Counted from the first letter of the stretch, positions 9,211 to 18,221 are shown. The stretch is 64,000 nucleotides of DNA from Desulfurococcales archaeon (GCA_027022365.1 JALVYU010000026.1:512001-576000); one strand, 5' to 3'. Program-made: numbers and translations. Notes: generated by a model not told the origin, from the letters alone.

Positions 9211-10809
9211 ATGCATAAGATCCTAGCCATAGTCCTAATAGGCCTACTGCTCCTGAGCCTACCACTGCAAATAATGATGACAAACGCAAGCAGTACGCCA
9301 TCGCTATCATCGATTAAAAACGCTGTAAAACAAGCCTTGCATTATATTCTTAACATTAAACGTCAACTAGGAACATGGTATGTAATTAGCGAGTATCCAG
9401 CATTACCCATAGTAGTCCATGATGATGACGTATATGTTTATGGTTCATGGCATCATGATATATGGTTTATACCAGGATATTGGTACAACAAAGATGGATT
9501 AAGCTTCACAGGTAAAGTTAGCGGTGGTTCAATAACAACGACTGAATCAACCAGTTATATATCGACAACATATACATACTATATAGACATAATCTACAGC
9601 ACATCATATCATGAATATCCCTTGGCAAAACTCAAGGTTGAGGAAATAAGAACGTACTATTATGGTTCTCATAGTTATGACTCAAAAGTAAAGATCAGCG
9701 TAGAAGATGTTGACACAGATACAAATATACAGAACGCAGACCTATATGTTGGCGGCATCTATTTGGGTAGGCTTGGCGAAGCCTCGATATTTGAGACTAG
9801 TATACCCACAGTATTACCTGCAATGAGGACATCCGTTAGACACGTCGATATGCTCGCTCCCCTAGTCCTTAATGCTCTGAAAACAGATACGACAATAATG
9901 CATATGATAGCTCAATTCGTTAATGACACAATATCATATGTATGGGAAGGAAACCCGCCGCCTACACATGTTTATCTTGGACAATACCCAGACTATAGAC
10001 TGTACTATATATACGACATATACATGCCCATGCTCACCGGACTTGAATACATGGTTAATATCAAACAGCCTAACGGCGATCACTTCTGGGATGCTAAATG
10101 GTTCAGTTATGGTCTAGGATATGATAGAATACGAGACATGTTCAAAGTCAACGGATATATTGAATCGAATTACCCGGCTTATCCATATAGAAGCAAACTT
10201 GTTGGCGGGGCAACGGCTAGCGGCGCTCTACACTTGAATGGCGGCGATCTATTTCTATTTGCGGTGAGCAAAATTAATGATCCATTATATTATGCTTGGT
10301 GGGGACTGTACTATTGTAGCCAAGGAAAATACAATGATGCAGTAAATGAATGGAACAAGATAGTTAGTCATTGGGATGGAAACGGAATATATCTATCCGG
10401 AGAGCGAGGATATAGTACAGTAAGACTTGCGGCCGCTATAGCCTTAGGTTCAATCCTTGCGGGGATGGGTAAAATATCTTGGGACAAGATCGACCAAATG
10501 GTAAATGTCCTACTACAGCTCCAATGGACAGGGATAGGACATTATTCGCCTGATGGCTCAACAGTATACACAATTGTAAAGCCTGATCATATTGGTGGAT
10601 TCCTAGTAAGCTATGGGCCTATAGGAAGCTATGGGTTTGTCCCGTTCAGGCCTAGACTGATCGAAGATATACTAGATTATGCAAGCTCGCCACCAGAGTA
10701 CGGTGGTCCGCTACCCACTAACGCTGAAACAACATTATTGTCAATGATAGCATTAATGCAGTATGCTTACTGGAGATATGACGTGACTCCGGCCGAGCTT
10801 TTACAATAA
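9211..10809 (+). CDS. Secreted protein, paralogue of 8173..9150 in its C-terminal half
   Basis: Signal peptide; WDGNG, GGFLVSY and NAETT motifs. Confidence 0.6.
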   Translation: MHKILAIVLIGLLLLSLPLQIMMTNASSTPSLSSIKNAVKQALHYILNIKRQLGTWYVISEYPALPIVVHDDDVYVYGSWHHDIWFIPGYWYNKDGLSFTGKVSGGSITTTESTSYISTTYTYYIDIIYSTSYHEYPLAKLKVEEIRTYYYGSHSYDSKVKISVEDVDTDTNIQNADLYVGGIYLGRLGEASIFETSIPTVLPAMRTSVRHVDMLAPLVLNALKTDTTIMHMIAQFVNDTISYVWEGNPPPTHVYLGQYPDYRLYYIYDIYMPMLTGLEYMVNIKQPNGDHFWDAKWFSYGLGYDRIRDMFKVNGYIESNYPAYPYRSKLVGGATASGALHLNGGDLFLFAVSKINDPLYYAWWGLYYCSQGKYNDAVNEWNKIVSHWDGNGIYLSGERGYSTVRLAAAIALGSILAGMGKISWDKIDQMVNVLLQLQWTGIGHYSPDGSTVYTIVKPDHIGGFLVSYGPIGSYGFVPFRPRLIEDILDYASSPPEYGGPLPTNAETTLLSMIALMQYAYWRYDVTPAELLQ

Positions 10810-10865
10810 TCGAGCCAAAAATATCATATAATCTTTTTTCTTAAATTAGGAACCTGTAGGGGTGA

Positions 10866-11141
10866 ATGGCTTTGGAAACCGAACATTATATCGCTATTGG
10901 TTTTTTATCAACAGCATTACTACCATTCATCCTATTATTGTTCCCCATTGCTTATAGGATTGGGTGGTATTGTTTTAATTACTTCTATGTGGTCTTACCA
11001 TTGACTTATCTTGTGGCCTTCATGCTTTGGAGATGGAAAAAGAAGATATTATCAACAATAACAGCAGTCTTAGGCACAAGTCTGACAATCTACGGATTCT
11101 TATTATATTTAATAGCTCTAGCCCTTATCTCGGAATACTAG
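10866..11141 (+). CDS. Small 3-TM membrane protein
   Basis: 91 aa, highly hydrophobic, GGTGA RBS. Confidence 0.7.
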   Translation: MALETEHYIAIGFLSTALLPFILLLFPIAYRIGWYCFNYFYVVLPLTYLVAFMLWRWKKKILSTITAVLGTSLTIYGFLLYLIALALISEY

Positions 11142-11224
11142 AATCCTTCTTAAGCTCATATTAGTTGTTTTTAGCTGACTGTGTCATCTATGTTTTTTAC
11201 TATCTATATTCTCTGGTGGGTAGC

Positions 11225-11959
11225 ATGAATCTGAAGTTTCTAGCTCTAGGCATTATTGTTGTAGCGTTTATCAGCGTATCTGTAGGAGCAACAGCTAGTA
11301 CTGTTAGCATTAGTTTTACAAAGGATTTGTCAAAACTAGCGATCGATCATGAGGTATGGTATAGTACAGAGTTCAATGTATGTGATTCTATTCCCGCAAC
11401 TTGGGTGCATCCCGGCACATGGGAGATAACATATAGTGATATAGATGTCAAGAGTGGCTGGGTACAGGTAGATGTTTACACGCCTGATCTCAGCAACTAC
11501 TTGTTCAGCATAGAGTTCAAAGACAACAAGCAACTAGTACTTTCATACTATGCCAAAGATACATTGTATCATAGACTAGTACTTGGTAACTGGACAGCGG
11601 GCAACAAGGTAGTAGCAATATACAATGCTAGACAATTAATAATAAAGCTATACAATAACGATAAGCTCATTAATTCAACAACAATAGACGACATAGCTGT
11701 TAGGATAAAGATCTCGAAGACAGGAATATGCCTCGTTGCGACAGATATACCTACATGCCATGCAAGCGGGACGATGACGGTCAAGATAACATACATAAAA
11801 AACACGCAAAACACGCAACAAAATACACAACAGGTTCAAGAAGCAGTTAAACAGACAACGAAGACGGTTACGAACACAGCGGTTCAAACGATTACGCCAC
11901 TAGCAGGTCTAGGAATGCTGTTCGCTTTTCTGAGGAAACTCGAGGGACTTGCAAGGTGA
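11225..11959 (+). CDS. Second lectin-like domain protein with C-terminal coat-like helix
   Basis: Signal peptide; similarity to 7464..8135 (SNYLFSIEFKDN vs SNHLDLAFYDN); Q/T linker; TPLAGLGMLFAFLRKL tail. Confidence 0.6.
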   Translation: MNLKFLALGIIVVAFISVSVGATASTVSISFTKDLSKLAIDHEVWYSTEFNVCDSIPATWVHPGTWEITYSDIDVKSGWVQVDVYTPDLSNYLFSIEFKDNKQLVLSYYAKDTLYHRLVLGNWTAGNKVVAIYNARQLIIKLYNNDKLINSTTIDDIAVRIKISKTGICLVATDIPTCHASGTMTVKITYIKNTQNTQQNTQQVQEAVKQTTKTVTNTAVQTITPLAGLGMLFAFLRKLEGLAR

Positions 11960-11966
11960 TCTAGTG

Positions 11967-12875
11967 ATGACTAGCAAACGCAAGTATAAATACAAAAGAG
12001 TCTACTTCGGCGAGGATAGCGTATTCAAGGCCGTCAAGGATATTGGTAAGCCAGGCGTCAATACTCGTAAAGAGTTTGTCAAGCTATGCCTATCACAGCT
12101 AGCGGACCTAGCAGACTTGAAGACCAAGGATAAGAAGACTGGAAGAACAATAAAGTGGACTAAACAGCTATGGGCAAGAAGAACATTCATTCTCAGACAG
12201 CTTAATAAGATAAAGAGATTCAGGCTTGGAAGACTAGTAGACTATATCGACCGTGTAGGACGGGCTTTCCTTGACAAGAAGATAGGCCCGGCACAGCTAG
12301 CTGAGGCTCTGGATAAGATTGCTAAGAAGTATGGTGTAAGCGTGAAGGAAGCGAGAGAAATAGCGAAGAAAGTTACCCAGCAGAAGAAAGTACTAGTTAT
12401 CCTAATCAAGCATATTGACGGACACATCGAGAAAGTAGTATTCGGTAAAACAAGAAGGATATCAAAGAAGAAACTGAAGGCAGCTAAGAAACTAGGAGCA
12501 AGAGTAGCTAAGAAGCTGAGAAAGAAGTTTGACGAGGAAACAAAGCGTATAGCAGATTACTTGTGGAGCATGATACCAGAACGTTATAAGAGAAAACCAT
12601 TGCGAATATGGTACTATGTAATGGTTCTATGGCTAGCCTACTACATCAGGAAATACTCGAGAGAGAAAGGCCTGGACTGGAGAGCAATCGACTGGGCCTC
12701 AGAAATCGATTGGAAAGAAGGCTATAGACACGCTAAACACTTCATAGCAGAACTACTAAGGTCAGGGCTATCAAAATACGAGGACTGGACGAAGAAAGAC
12801 TTCGAGGAATACGATAAATACATAGAACAAATGATGCAATGGGAAAAAGAAAGACTAGCAGAAGCAATTGCTTAA
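11967..12875 (+). CDS. Highly basic proviral protein, putative nucleic-acid binding
   Basis: Lys/Arg-rich, Trp-rich C-terminal domain; start chosen after GGTGA. Confidence 0.65.
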   Translation: MTSKRKYKYKRVYFGEDSVFKAVKDIGKPGVNTRKEFVKLCLSQLADLADLKTKDKKTGRTIKWTKQLWARRTFILRQLNKIKRFRLGRLVDYIDRVGRAFLDKKIGPAQLAEALDKIAKKYGVSVKEAREIAKKVTQQKKVLVILIKHIDGHIEKVVFGKTRRISKKKLKAAKKLGARVAKKLRKKFDEETKRIADYLWSMIPERYKRKPLRIWYYVMVLWLAYYIRKYSREKGLDWRAIDWASEIDWKEGYRHAKHFIAELLRSGLSKYEDWTKKDFEEYDKYIEQMMQWEKERLAEAIA

Positions 12876-12989
12876 TGAATACTTTTACCTAACTCTCTAG
12901 CTTATTTTTTAGAGTCTATTTTTGGCTCTAGGTTGTGTGCAAGTAGATATGTTTGCTTATATATTTATATATTTCTAGGATAGAAATAA

Positions 12990-13355
12990 TTGAGGCGAGA
13001 TATGATGAAAGAGACTAGGCTGAAAGTGTTAAATTCCTATCCAAGAAACTATTTAATGGGGATTATAGTGAGCATCGAAAAACAAGACATAGACATCATT
13101 GTGTTATATAAGCTTCTAAAGATAATCTATGAAAACCAAAACATATCGCTTACAGACTTATTCAAAAAGTATCGAGAAACCGAGGGAGTTAAAGTAAACT
13201 ACAATAAGGTAAAGAAGCATATCGAGTATGCAGCTCTAAAAGAGCTAGTAGAGATAAAGAAGGGAAAACCTACCAAGCTATCTATAACCAAAAAAGGAAT
13301 CGACTACATGTTCTTAATGAGCCGTGTCCTCAGCGTTCTCGGCGAACAGATCTAG
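12990..13355 (+). CDS. Winged helix-turn-helix transcriptional regulator
   Basis: ISLTDL...NYNKVKKHIEY...LVEI...LSITKKG wHTH pattern. Confidence 0.75.
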   Translation: MRRDMMKETRLKVLNSYPRNYLMGIIVSIEKQDIDIIVLYKLLKIIYENQNISLTDLFKKYRETEGVKVNYNKVKKHIEYAALKELVEIKKGKPTKLSITKKGIDYMFLMSRVLSVLGEQI

Positions 13356-14336
13356 GAGATACAGATAGGGCTTGAACGCTTCATAGTACTTCTGGCTTAT
13401 TAGCTTTATATGCTTAATATAGTGTTCCACCTGCACGGTTTCTAAGCGTCCTTGAAGAAGATCCTTTTCGCCATCGTCGAGATACCCAGACGTTATGGCT
13501 ATCCAGGCCTTGCGGAACAACCCTATGTTTATTCCGAACTTGTGTCTTACATGGTCTTTCCAGTTCTCTGTCAATAGGATTGGATGGTATTCGTTGACGA
13601 GCTGGAAAAGCTTTTCCGGAATTAGCGTGATATAGGCTTTCTTCTTAACTCTATCATAATTTAGTACTACTAGGTAGACGCCGTTTAGCTTGATTTTTCT
13701 TAGTGTATTCCAGTTATCTAGCATGTACTTGATTTCCGTGCTTCTTAGTCCGGTAAAGAAGGCTATTATTATTGGTAGCTTGTACTTGGTGTTTCTGTTG
13801 ACTATCTTCTTTATGGTTTCAAGGGCTTGGTCTATGATGCTTATTGCTTCGCCTGTTTCCTTTATCTCGAACTCTAGTATTCTCTTAGTTATTTCTTCGA
13901 TTTTCCTAGGCGGCATGTATTTTCTTAGTAGCTTTGTATTGATTTCGAGATTAATACCGTACATTAACAGAGCGTAATCACGTAAAGCTGGTACGGCTTC
14001 TAGCACTCCCCTTGCTCTGCGATAGTTTAGCTGCTTCATCATAAGCGGGTTCTCAATGATCTTTAGCAGATACTTGCTGCTTGTATACACGTAGATAGCG
14101 TGGCCCCTGGAGCTGTAACGTTGCTTTAACCATGCTAGAAAGTTTGGATCATTCACAATCCTTACCAAAATTTCGGGATGAGAAACTATAGGATTAGAAC
14201 CATTATGGGACGCTTGGTTCTGTGATATCACAGGTATATCACGGGTGATATCACTCTGTGATATAGGCTGTGATATGCCGTGATATGATTCGATCGGATG
14301 CCAACCGAGCGCTCTTCCAGGCTGAGCTACCGGCCC
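13314..14336 (-). CDS. int: SSV1-type tyrosine integrase, C-terminal fragment int(C)
   Basis: TGLRSTEI, FRKAW, LLQGR and HY catalytic motifs; frame reads through the tRNA half (GPVAQPGRALGWHP). Confidence 0.9.
   Translation of the reverse strand, partial: GPVAQPGRALGWHPIESYHGISQPISQSDITRDIPVISQNQASHNGSNPIVSHPEILVRIVNDPNFLAWLKQRYSSRGHAIYVYTSSKYLLKIIENPLMMKQLNYRRARGVLEAVPALRDYALLMYGINLEINTKLLRKYMPPRKIEEITKRILEFEIKETGEAISIIDQALETIKKIVNRNTKYKLPIIIAFFTGLRSTEIKYMLDNWNTLRKIKLNGVYLVVLNYDRVKKKAYITLIPEKLFQLVNEYHPILLTENWKDHVRHKFGINIGLFRKAWIAITSGYLDDGEKDLLQGRLETVQVEHYIKHIKLISQKYYEAFKPYLYLLDLFAENAEDTAH
14221..14287. repeat. Array of GTGATAT motifs adjacent to att (arm-type binding sites?)
   Basis: TGTGATATCACA, GTATATCAC, GTGATATCAC, TGTGATATA, TGTGATATG, CGTGATATG. 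Confidence 0.75.
14294..14336 (-). tRNA. 5' half of tRNA-Ala(GGC), provirus att site
   Basis: GGGCCGGTAGCTCAGCCTGGAAGAGCGCTCGGTTGGCATCCGA then diverges; no T-arm follows. Confidence 0.85.
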
Positions 14337-14370
14337 ACGTACCCCGGAGAAAACACTATTCACAACCAGC

Positions 14371-14386
14371 TTATAAAGTTTTAATT
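14371..14386 (-). promoter_or_regulatory. BRE-TATA promoter of host tRNA-Ala
   Basis: AATTAAAACTTTATAA about 35 bp upstream of tRNA 5' end. Confidence 0.65.
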
Positions 14387-14477
14387 TTTTCCCTGGTACT
14401 CTGTATCTCTTCTATTAGCGATAAATTACTATATAATGACGTAATATTATGTATTAGTACATGATAATATTAATAAG

Positions 14478-14777
14478 GTGTATTCTATGCTCGGAAAGAA
14501 TCCTCTAGATATTACTCGTAAGGAGGCCTTATCTCGCGAAGAGATGATTCAAGCTATTAGATGGGCTATAATGGCAGAGCTTGATGCTGTTAATTTCTAT
14601 ACTCAGTTTGCGGAGCTTATCCAGGACGAGGGAGTGAAGAGAGTATTCCTCGATATTGCTAGGGAGGAGAAAGAACATATTGGTGAGTTCTTAGAGCTTC
14701 TCCGTCGTTTCGACGAGGAACAAGCTGAAGCGATCGAACATGGACGTAAAGAGGTAGTAGAACTGCTTAAAGAATAA
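14478..14777 (+). CDS. Ferritin-like (rubrerythrin/encapsulin-cargo type) protein
   Basis: AELDAVNFY and EEKEHIGEF diiron motifs. Confidence 0.85.
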   Translation: MYSMLGKNPLDITRKEALSREEMIQAIRWAIMAELDAVNFYTQFAELIQDEGVKRVFLDIAREEKEHIGEFLELLRRFDEEQAEAIEHGRKEVVELLKE

Positions 14778-14875
14778 TGGTTTTTCCTCGATTATTGCTG
14801 GCTCATAGTTTTTCTATCTCCATTATAATATATATCTAGGAATCCATATAGTCTGCTCAGTCCTAACCACGGCGG

Positions 14876-16075
14876 GTGGGGGATGCCGAGATATTGAGTG
14901 ATATTATCGACAAGATAATAGAAGAGCGTCTGAAAAGACATGGACGGATATTTGTAAATAAAGAAATTCTATTACCAGACTACATACCAGAAACGCTTCC
15001 CCACAGAGAACGTGAAATCAGGAAACTAGTAGAGATCCTTGTTGTTGGCCTGAAAGGTGAGAGGCCAAGCAATATCCTCATCTACGGATTAACCGGGACA
15101 GGTAAAACAGCTGTCACGAAATTTGTATTGAAAAAACTCATGGAGAAAGCCCCGAGCCTGGGTGCTAGGATAAAATATGCTTATGTGAACACCCGTAAAG
15201 TGGATACGACGTATCGTGTACTAGCATCAATAGCTAGGAGCCTGGGCCTTAGAATACCGTTATCAGGAATAGCCATATCAGAGATATATACACGGTATGT
15301 ACAAGCACTCGAAAATTGGGGCGGTCTCCACATAATAGCTCTCGACGAGATAGACTATTATGTAAAGAGACATGGTGATGATCTGCTCTACAAGCTTGTC
15401 AGAATCAATGAAGATCTCGAGAATGCCAAAGTAGCTATTATAGGCATAACAAACGATATTAACTTCGTCGACACACTCGACCCGCGTGTCAGGAGTAGTC
15501 TAGGAGAAGAAGAAATAGTGTTCTCTCCGTATGATGCAGAGCAATTATTCGATATACTGTGGGAGAGGGCGCAGAAAGCATTTGTTCCAGGAGCTGTATC
15601 TGAGAAAATAGTTCGTTACTGTGCAGGCCTCGCCGCGAGAGAACATGGTGATGCCCGCAGAGCGCTAGACTTACTGAGAGTTGCTGGAGAAATAGCTGAA
15701 AGACAAGGTGCGAACAAGGTCGAGATAAAACATGTTATACAGGCATCCCGCGAAATAGAGTATGGTAGAATCTATCAAGCTGTATCAACACTGCCGCTCC
15801 ACGCCAAGCTGGTACTTAACGCCATTATATACCTTGTAAAGACAAAGGGAAGCGGGACCACAGGAGAAATATACAGCAAGTACAAGGAGATCGCGATGAG
15901 CTATGGATACGATCCCCTAACCCAGCGCAGGGTCAGTGAGATCATAAACGAGCTTGACATGCTGGGTCTCGCGACAGCACTAGTAGTAAATAGGGGAAGA
16001 TATGGTAAAACCAAAATAGTCAAGATACCCCGCGAACTCCTCACGATAATGGAGGAAGCCCTCGGTGAGACGTGA
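14876..16075 (+). CDS. cdc6: Orc1/Cdc6 replication initiator
   Basis: LPHRE, GLTGTGKT, LDEID, GDARRALDLL and C-terminal wHTH. Confidence 0.97.
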   Translation: MGDAEILSDIIDKIIEERLKRHGRIFVNKEILLPDYIPETLPHREREIRKLVEILVVGLKGERPSNILIYGLTGTGKTAVTKFVLKKLMEKAPSLGARIKYAYVNTRKVDTTYRVLASIARSLGLRIPLSGIAISEIYTRYVQALENWGGLHIIALDEIDYYVKRHGDDLLYKLVRINEDLENAKVAIIGITNDINFVDTLDPRVRSSLGEEEIVFSPYDAEQLFDILWERAQKAFVPGAVSEKIVRYCAGLAAREHGDARRALDLLRVAGEIAERQGANKVEIKHVIQASREIEYGRIYQAVSTLPLHAKLVLNAIIYLVKTKGSGTTGEIYSKYKEIAMSYGYDPLTQRRVSEIINELDMLGLATALVVNRGRYGKTKIVKIPRELLTIMEEALGET

Positions 16076-16655
16076 CATAATAGCTTTTGATGACGGATAT
16101 TTTCCACCCACATTTAAGGGATCGGTGGGAAAAACCCTGCTTATGGGAGTCTTATATCATGAAGGGGTAACGATATCGAAAATACTATGGGATACTATCG
16201 TTGTCGACGGATTAGGTGTTACGGATAGAATCGCGAGTATGGTTAATGTTCTAAAAATTTATTCAGATAACCCGGTCGTTATCCTTGATGGAATAACATA
16301 TGCTGGATTCGACGTCGCAGATCCTGACAAGATATACTCGGCGACAAAAATACCTGTTATCAGCTTTATACAGTACCCGCTAGATCTAGAAAGAATTAGA
16401 AGCGCTCTTATCAAACATTTTTCAGACTATGAGACAAGATATCAAGTAATTCATAGAACCTACACAAAGACAGTACCCTTGATCACTCCATGGCGCGTGG
16501 TTCGATTCTACGCCGTAGGCATAACAAGAAAAGAAGCGTCATCACTGTTAAGAGAACTAATGATCTACAGTCCTGTGCCGGAACCCCTAAGAATAGCGCA
16601 TATGGTTGCATCATACTTGTCGAAATACATGCTGGAAAACGGATATCTCCCATAA
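16065..16655 (+). CDS. DUF99 family (endonuclease V-like) protein
   Basis: AFDDG, LDGITYAGF and PEPLRIAH motifs. Confidence 0.85.
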   Translation: MRRDIIAFDDGYFPPTFKGSVGKTLLMGVLYHEGVTISKILWDTIVVDGLGVTDRIASMVNVLKIYSDNPVVILDGITYAGFDVADPDKIYSATKIPVISFIQYPLDLERIRSALIKHFSDYETRYQVIHRTYTKTVPLITPWRVVRFYAVGITRKEASSLLRELMIYSPVPEPLRIAHMVASYLSKYMLENGYLP

Positions 16656-16685
16656 TTATCAACTCTTGAAGAAAGTATGGGCGAG

Positions 16686-16759
16686 CGGGCCCGCCGGGAT
16701 TTGAACCCGGGACCTACGGGTTAAAAGCCCGCCGCTCTTCCAGGCTGAGCTACGGGCCC
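16686..16759 (-). tRNA. tRNA-Lys(UUU)
   Basis: Full cloverleaf, anticodon loop CT-TTT-AA. Confidence 0.95.
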
Positions 16760-16790
16760 ATACTGGTTATTAGAAAGTGTATAGAAGGGA

Positions 16791-17099
16791 TTATAAAATA
16801 CACGTTCCTGGCCATAAGGCCTTGTATCTTTGCACCCCATATTTCTTCTGGAGTGCCGAGAACTCTCGTTTCCCCAGCACTGTCAGCACCTCTATCCTAC
16901 TGGCTCTGAACGCATAGACCACAGCAGATCCCTGATACCCAAGCACGATATATACATCTTTTAACCCATCATAGATCACTCCAAGAGGATTCGAGAGAAC
17001 ATCTAGTACCTCATCTAGAGATATCTTTCTGTCATGCATTCTTCTAAGTGCATGCTTAGAGAAAACTATGGAAAAACCCGTTTTGTCGTCGGAAAACAT
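16791..17099 (-). CDS. DUF4258-like protein
   Basis: FSKHALRRMHDRKIS motif. Confidence 0.7.
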   Translation of the reverse strand: MFSDDKTGFSIVFSKHALRRMHDRKISLDEVLDVLSNPLGVIYDGLKDVYIVLGYQGSAVVYAFRASRIEVLTVLGKREFSALQKKYGVQRYKALWPGTCIL

Positions 17100-17138
17100 T
17101 TAAGACCCCCACGGAAATCCTATCTATAGCTTGGAAGT

Positions 17139-17235
17139 AGCCGGGTCGTCTAGCGGCCAAGGATGCGGGGCTCTGGCCCGTCCCGCGACGGGGAGAACCC
17201 CCGTGACCGGGGTTCGAATCCCCGCCCGGCTACCA
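17139..17235 (+). tRNA. tRNA-Gln(CUG) with 21-nt intron (17177-17197)
   Basis: Cloverleaf with encoded CCA; canonical 37/38 bulge-helix-bulge. Confidence 0.93.
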
Positions 17236-17364
17236 TTCATTTTTCACTGGTTCTCATACATCATTATCACTACATGCCTATTATTAGTCTAGTACGGCGA
17301 TATCATCATCGCGAGAAGATAGAAAAAAGATTATGTTTCTAATTAAAAACAATTGTTGTTATGA

Positions 17365-18129
17365 TTACTTTGTTGATCTGCCCTTAGGCGTTACTGTAAC
17401 ATTTGTACCTAGATTTATTCCGAGGCTTGAACAGATATTATTGGCTCCTGTCTCCATTGGCGAGTTTATTATTTGCTCATATTCCTGCTGGGATATTACC
17501 TGTGGTGTGTAGGTTGTGTTGAACATTTTCTCAAGTGTTGATACGAAAGCTCTTAGATGATTGCGTGAACCCATCATGAGGCACTCGAATACTTGTTTGA
17601 TGTCTTCATGCTGTACTTTCGCGATCCACTCCTGTAGGTCCTTTATATCGGTTTCCTCAATAAGTGCGCCAACTTTTAGTGCTTCTTCGAGGCCCTTTGA
17701 TCCCTCTTTTATAAGCTGGTTATATAGTTCTTGAATATGCGTGTTGTTAAACTGGCCGGGAGCGCCGAGGTTGATCGGTATCCCGTATTTTTCAGCGAGA
17801 TTTAGTACCGCCTTAACATGTGTCGTCTCACTTTTCGCTATGTTCGCAAACACTGGCACGTTGGGATACATTTCTGCAAGTTTCGAGTATACATCTAGGG
17901 CGAGTTTTTCTTCCTCCGCCATGTACTTAATGGCTTCTATTTCTACAGGTGTTAGACCAGACGTTGTAGTAGTGGTTGATGCTACCGGAGATGTTGAGGT
18001 AAACGTTGTCGTCGTTGTGGGTACTACTGTTTTTGTCTGCTGGATACTCATGTAATATGCTGCTCCACCAATTACAATAGCTATGAGTATAATTAGCCCG
18101 ATTATCCCGTACTTATTCATAGTAAACAC
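17365..18129 (-). CDS. Membrane-anchored DUF2202 ferritin-like protein
   Basis: EEEKLALDVY, SETTH, EETDI and GSRNHLRAF motifs; N-terminal TM plus Thr linker. Confidence 0.85.
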   Translation of the reverse strand: MFTMNKYGIIGLIILIAIVIGGAAYYMSIQQTKTVVPTTTTTFTSTSPVASTTTTTSGLTPVEIEAIKYMAEEEKLALDVYSKLAEMYPNVPVFANIAKSETTHVKAVLNLAEKYGIPINLGAPGQFNNTHIQELYNQLIKEGSKGLEEALKVGALIEETDIKDLQEWIAKVQHEDIKQVFECLMMGSRNHLRAFVSTLEKMFNTTYTPQVISQQEYEQIINSPMETGANNICSSLGINLGTNVTVTPKGRSTK

Positions 18130-18221
18130 CCGTTTGCTTTCTTCGCCACTGTTTTCTATTGTTCTAACTTTAATAGTTTATTTTACAAATCGAGTTAACA
18201 ATTTATGAGAAAAAATTATAT

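Larger units (their letters stand above)
1..14336. mobile_element. Integrated provirus (SSV1-type integrase, B251-like ATPase); left end outside window
   Basis: Dense cluster of small orphan ORFs, membrane/virion-like genes, ATPase and integrase fragment ending in a tRNA half (att site); host genes resume after 14336. Confidence 0.9.

Noticed and set aside
14294-14336. Trans-spliced split tRNA half
   Set aside because: The half extends through the 3' anticodon stem rather than breaking at 37/38, has no GC-rich complementary trailer and lies in frame within an integrase, so an att site is the better explanation
14337-14363. GTG start at 14363 for a full-length integrase
   Set aside because: It lies only about 8 bp below the TATA box, upstream of the expected transcription start, and is host sequence outside att
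14380-14875. oriC adjacent to cdc6
   Set aside because: AT-rich but short, explained by promoters; no ORB motif seen
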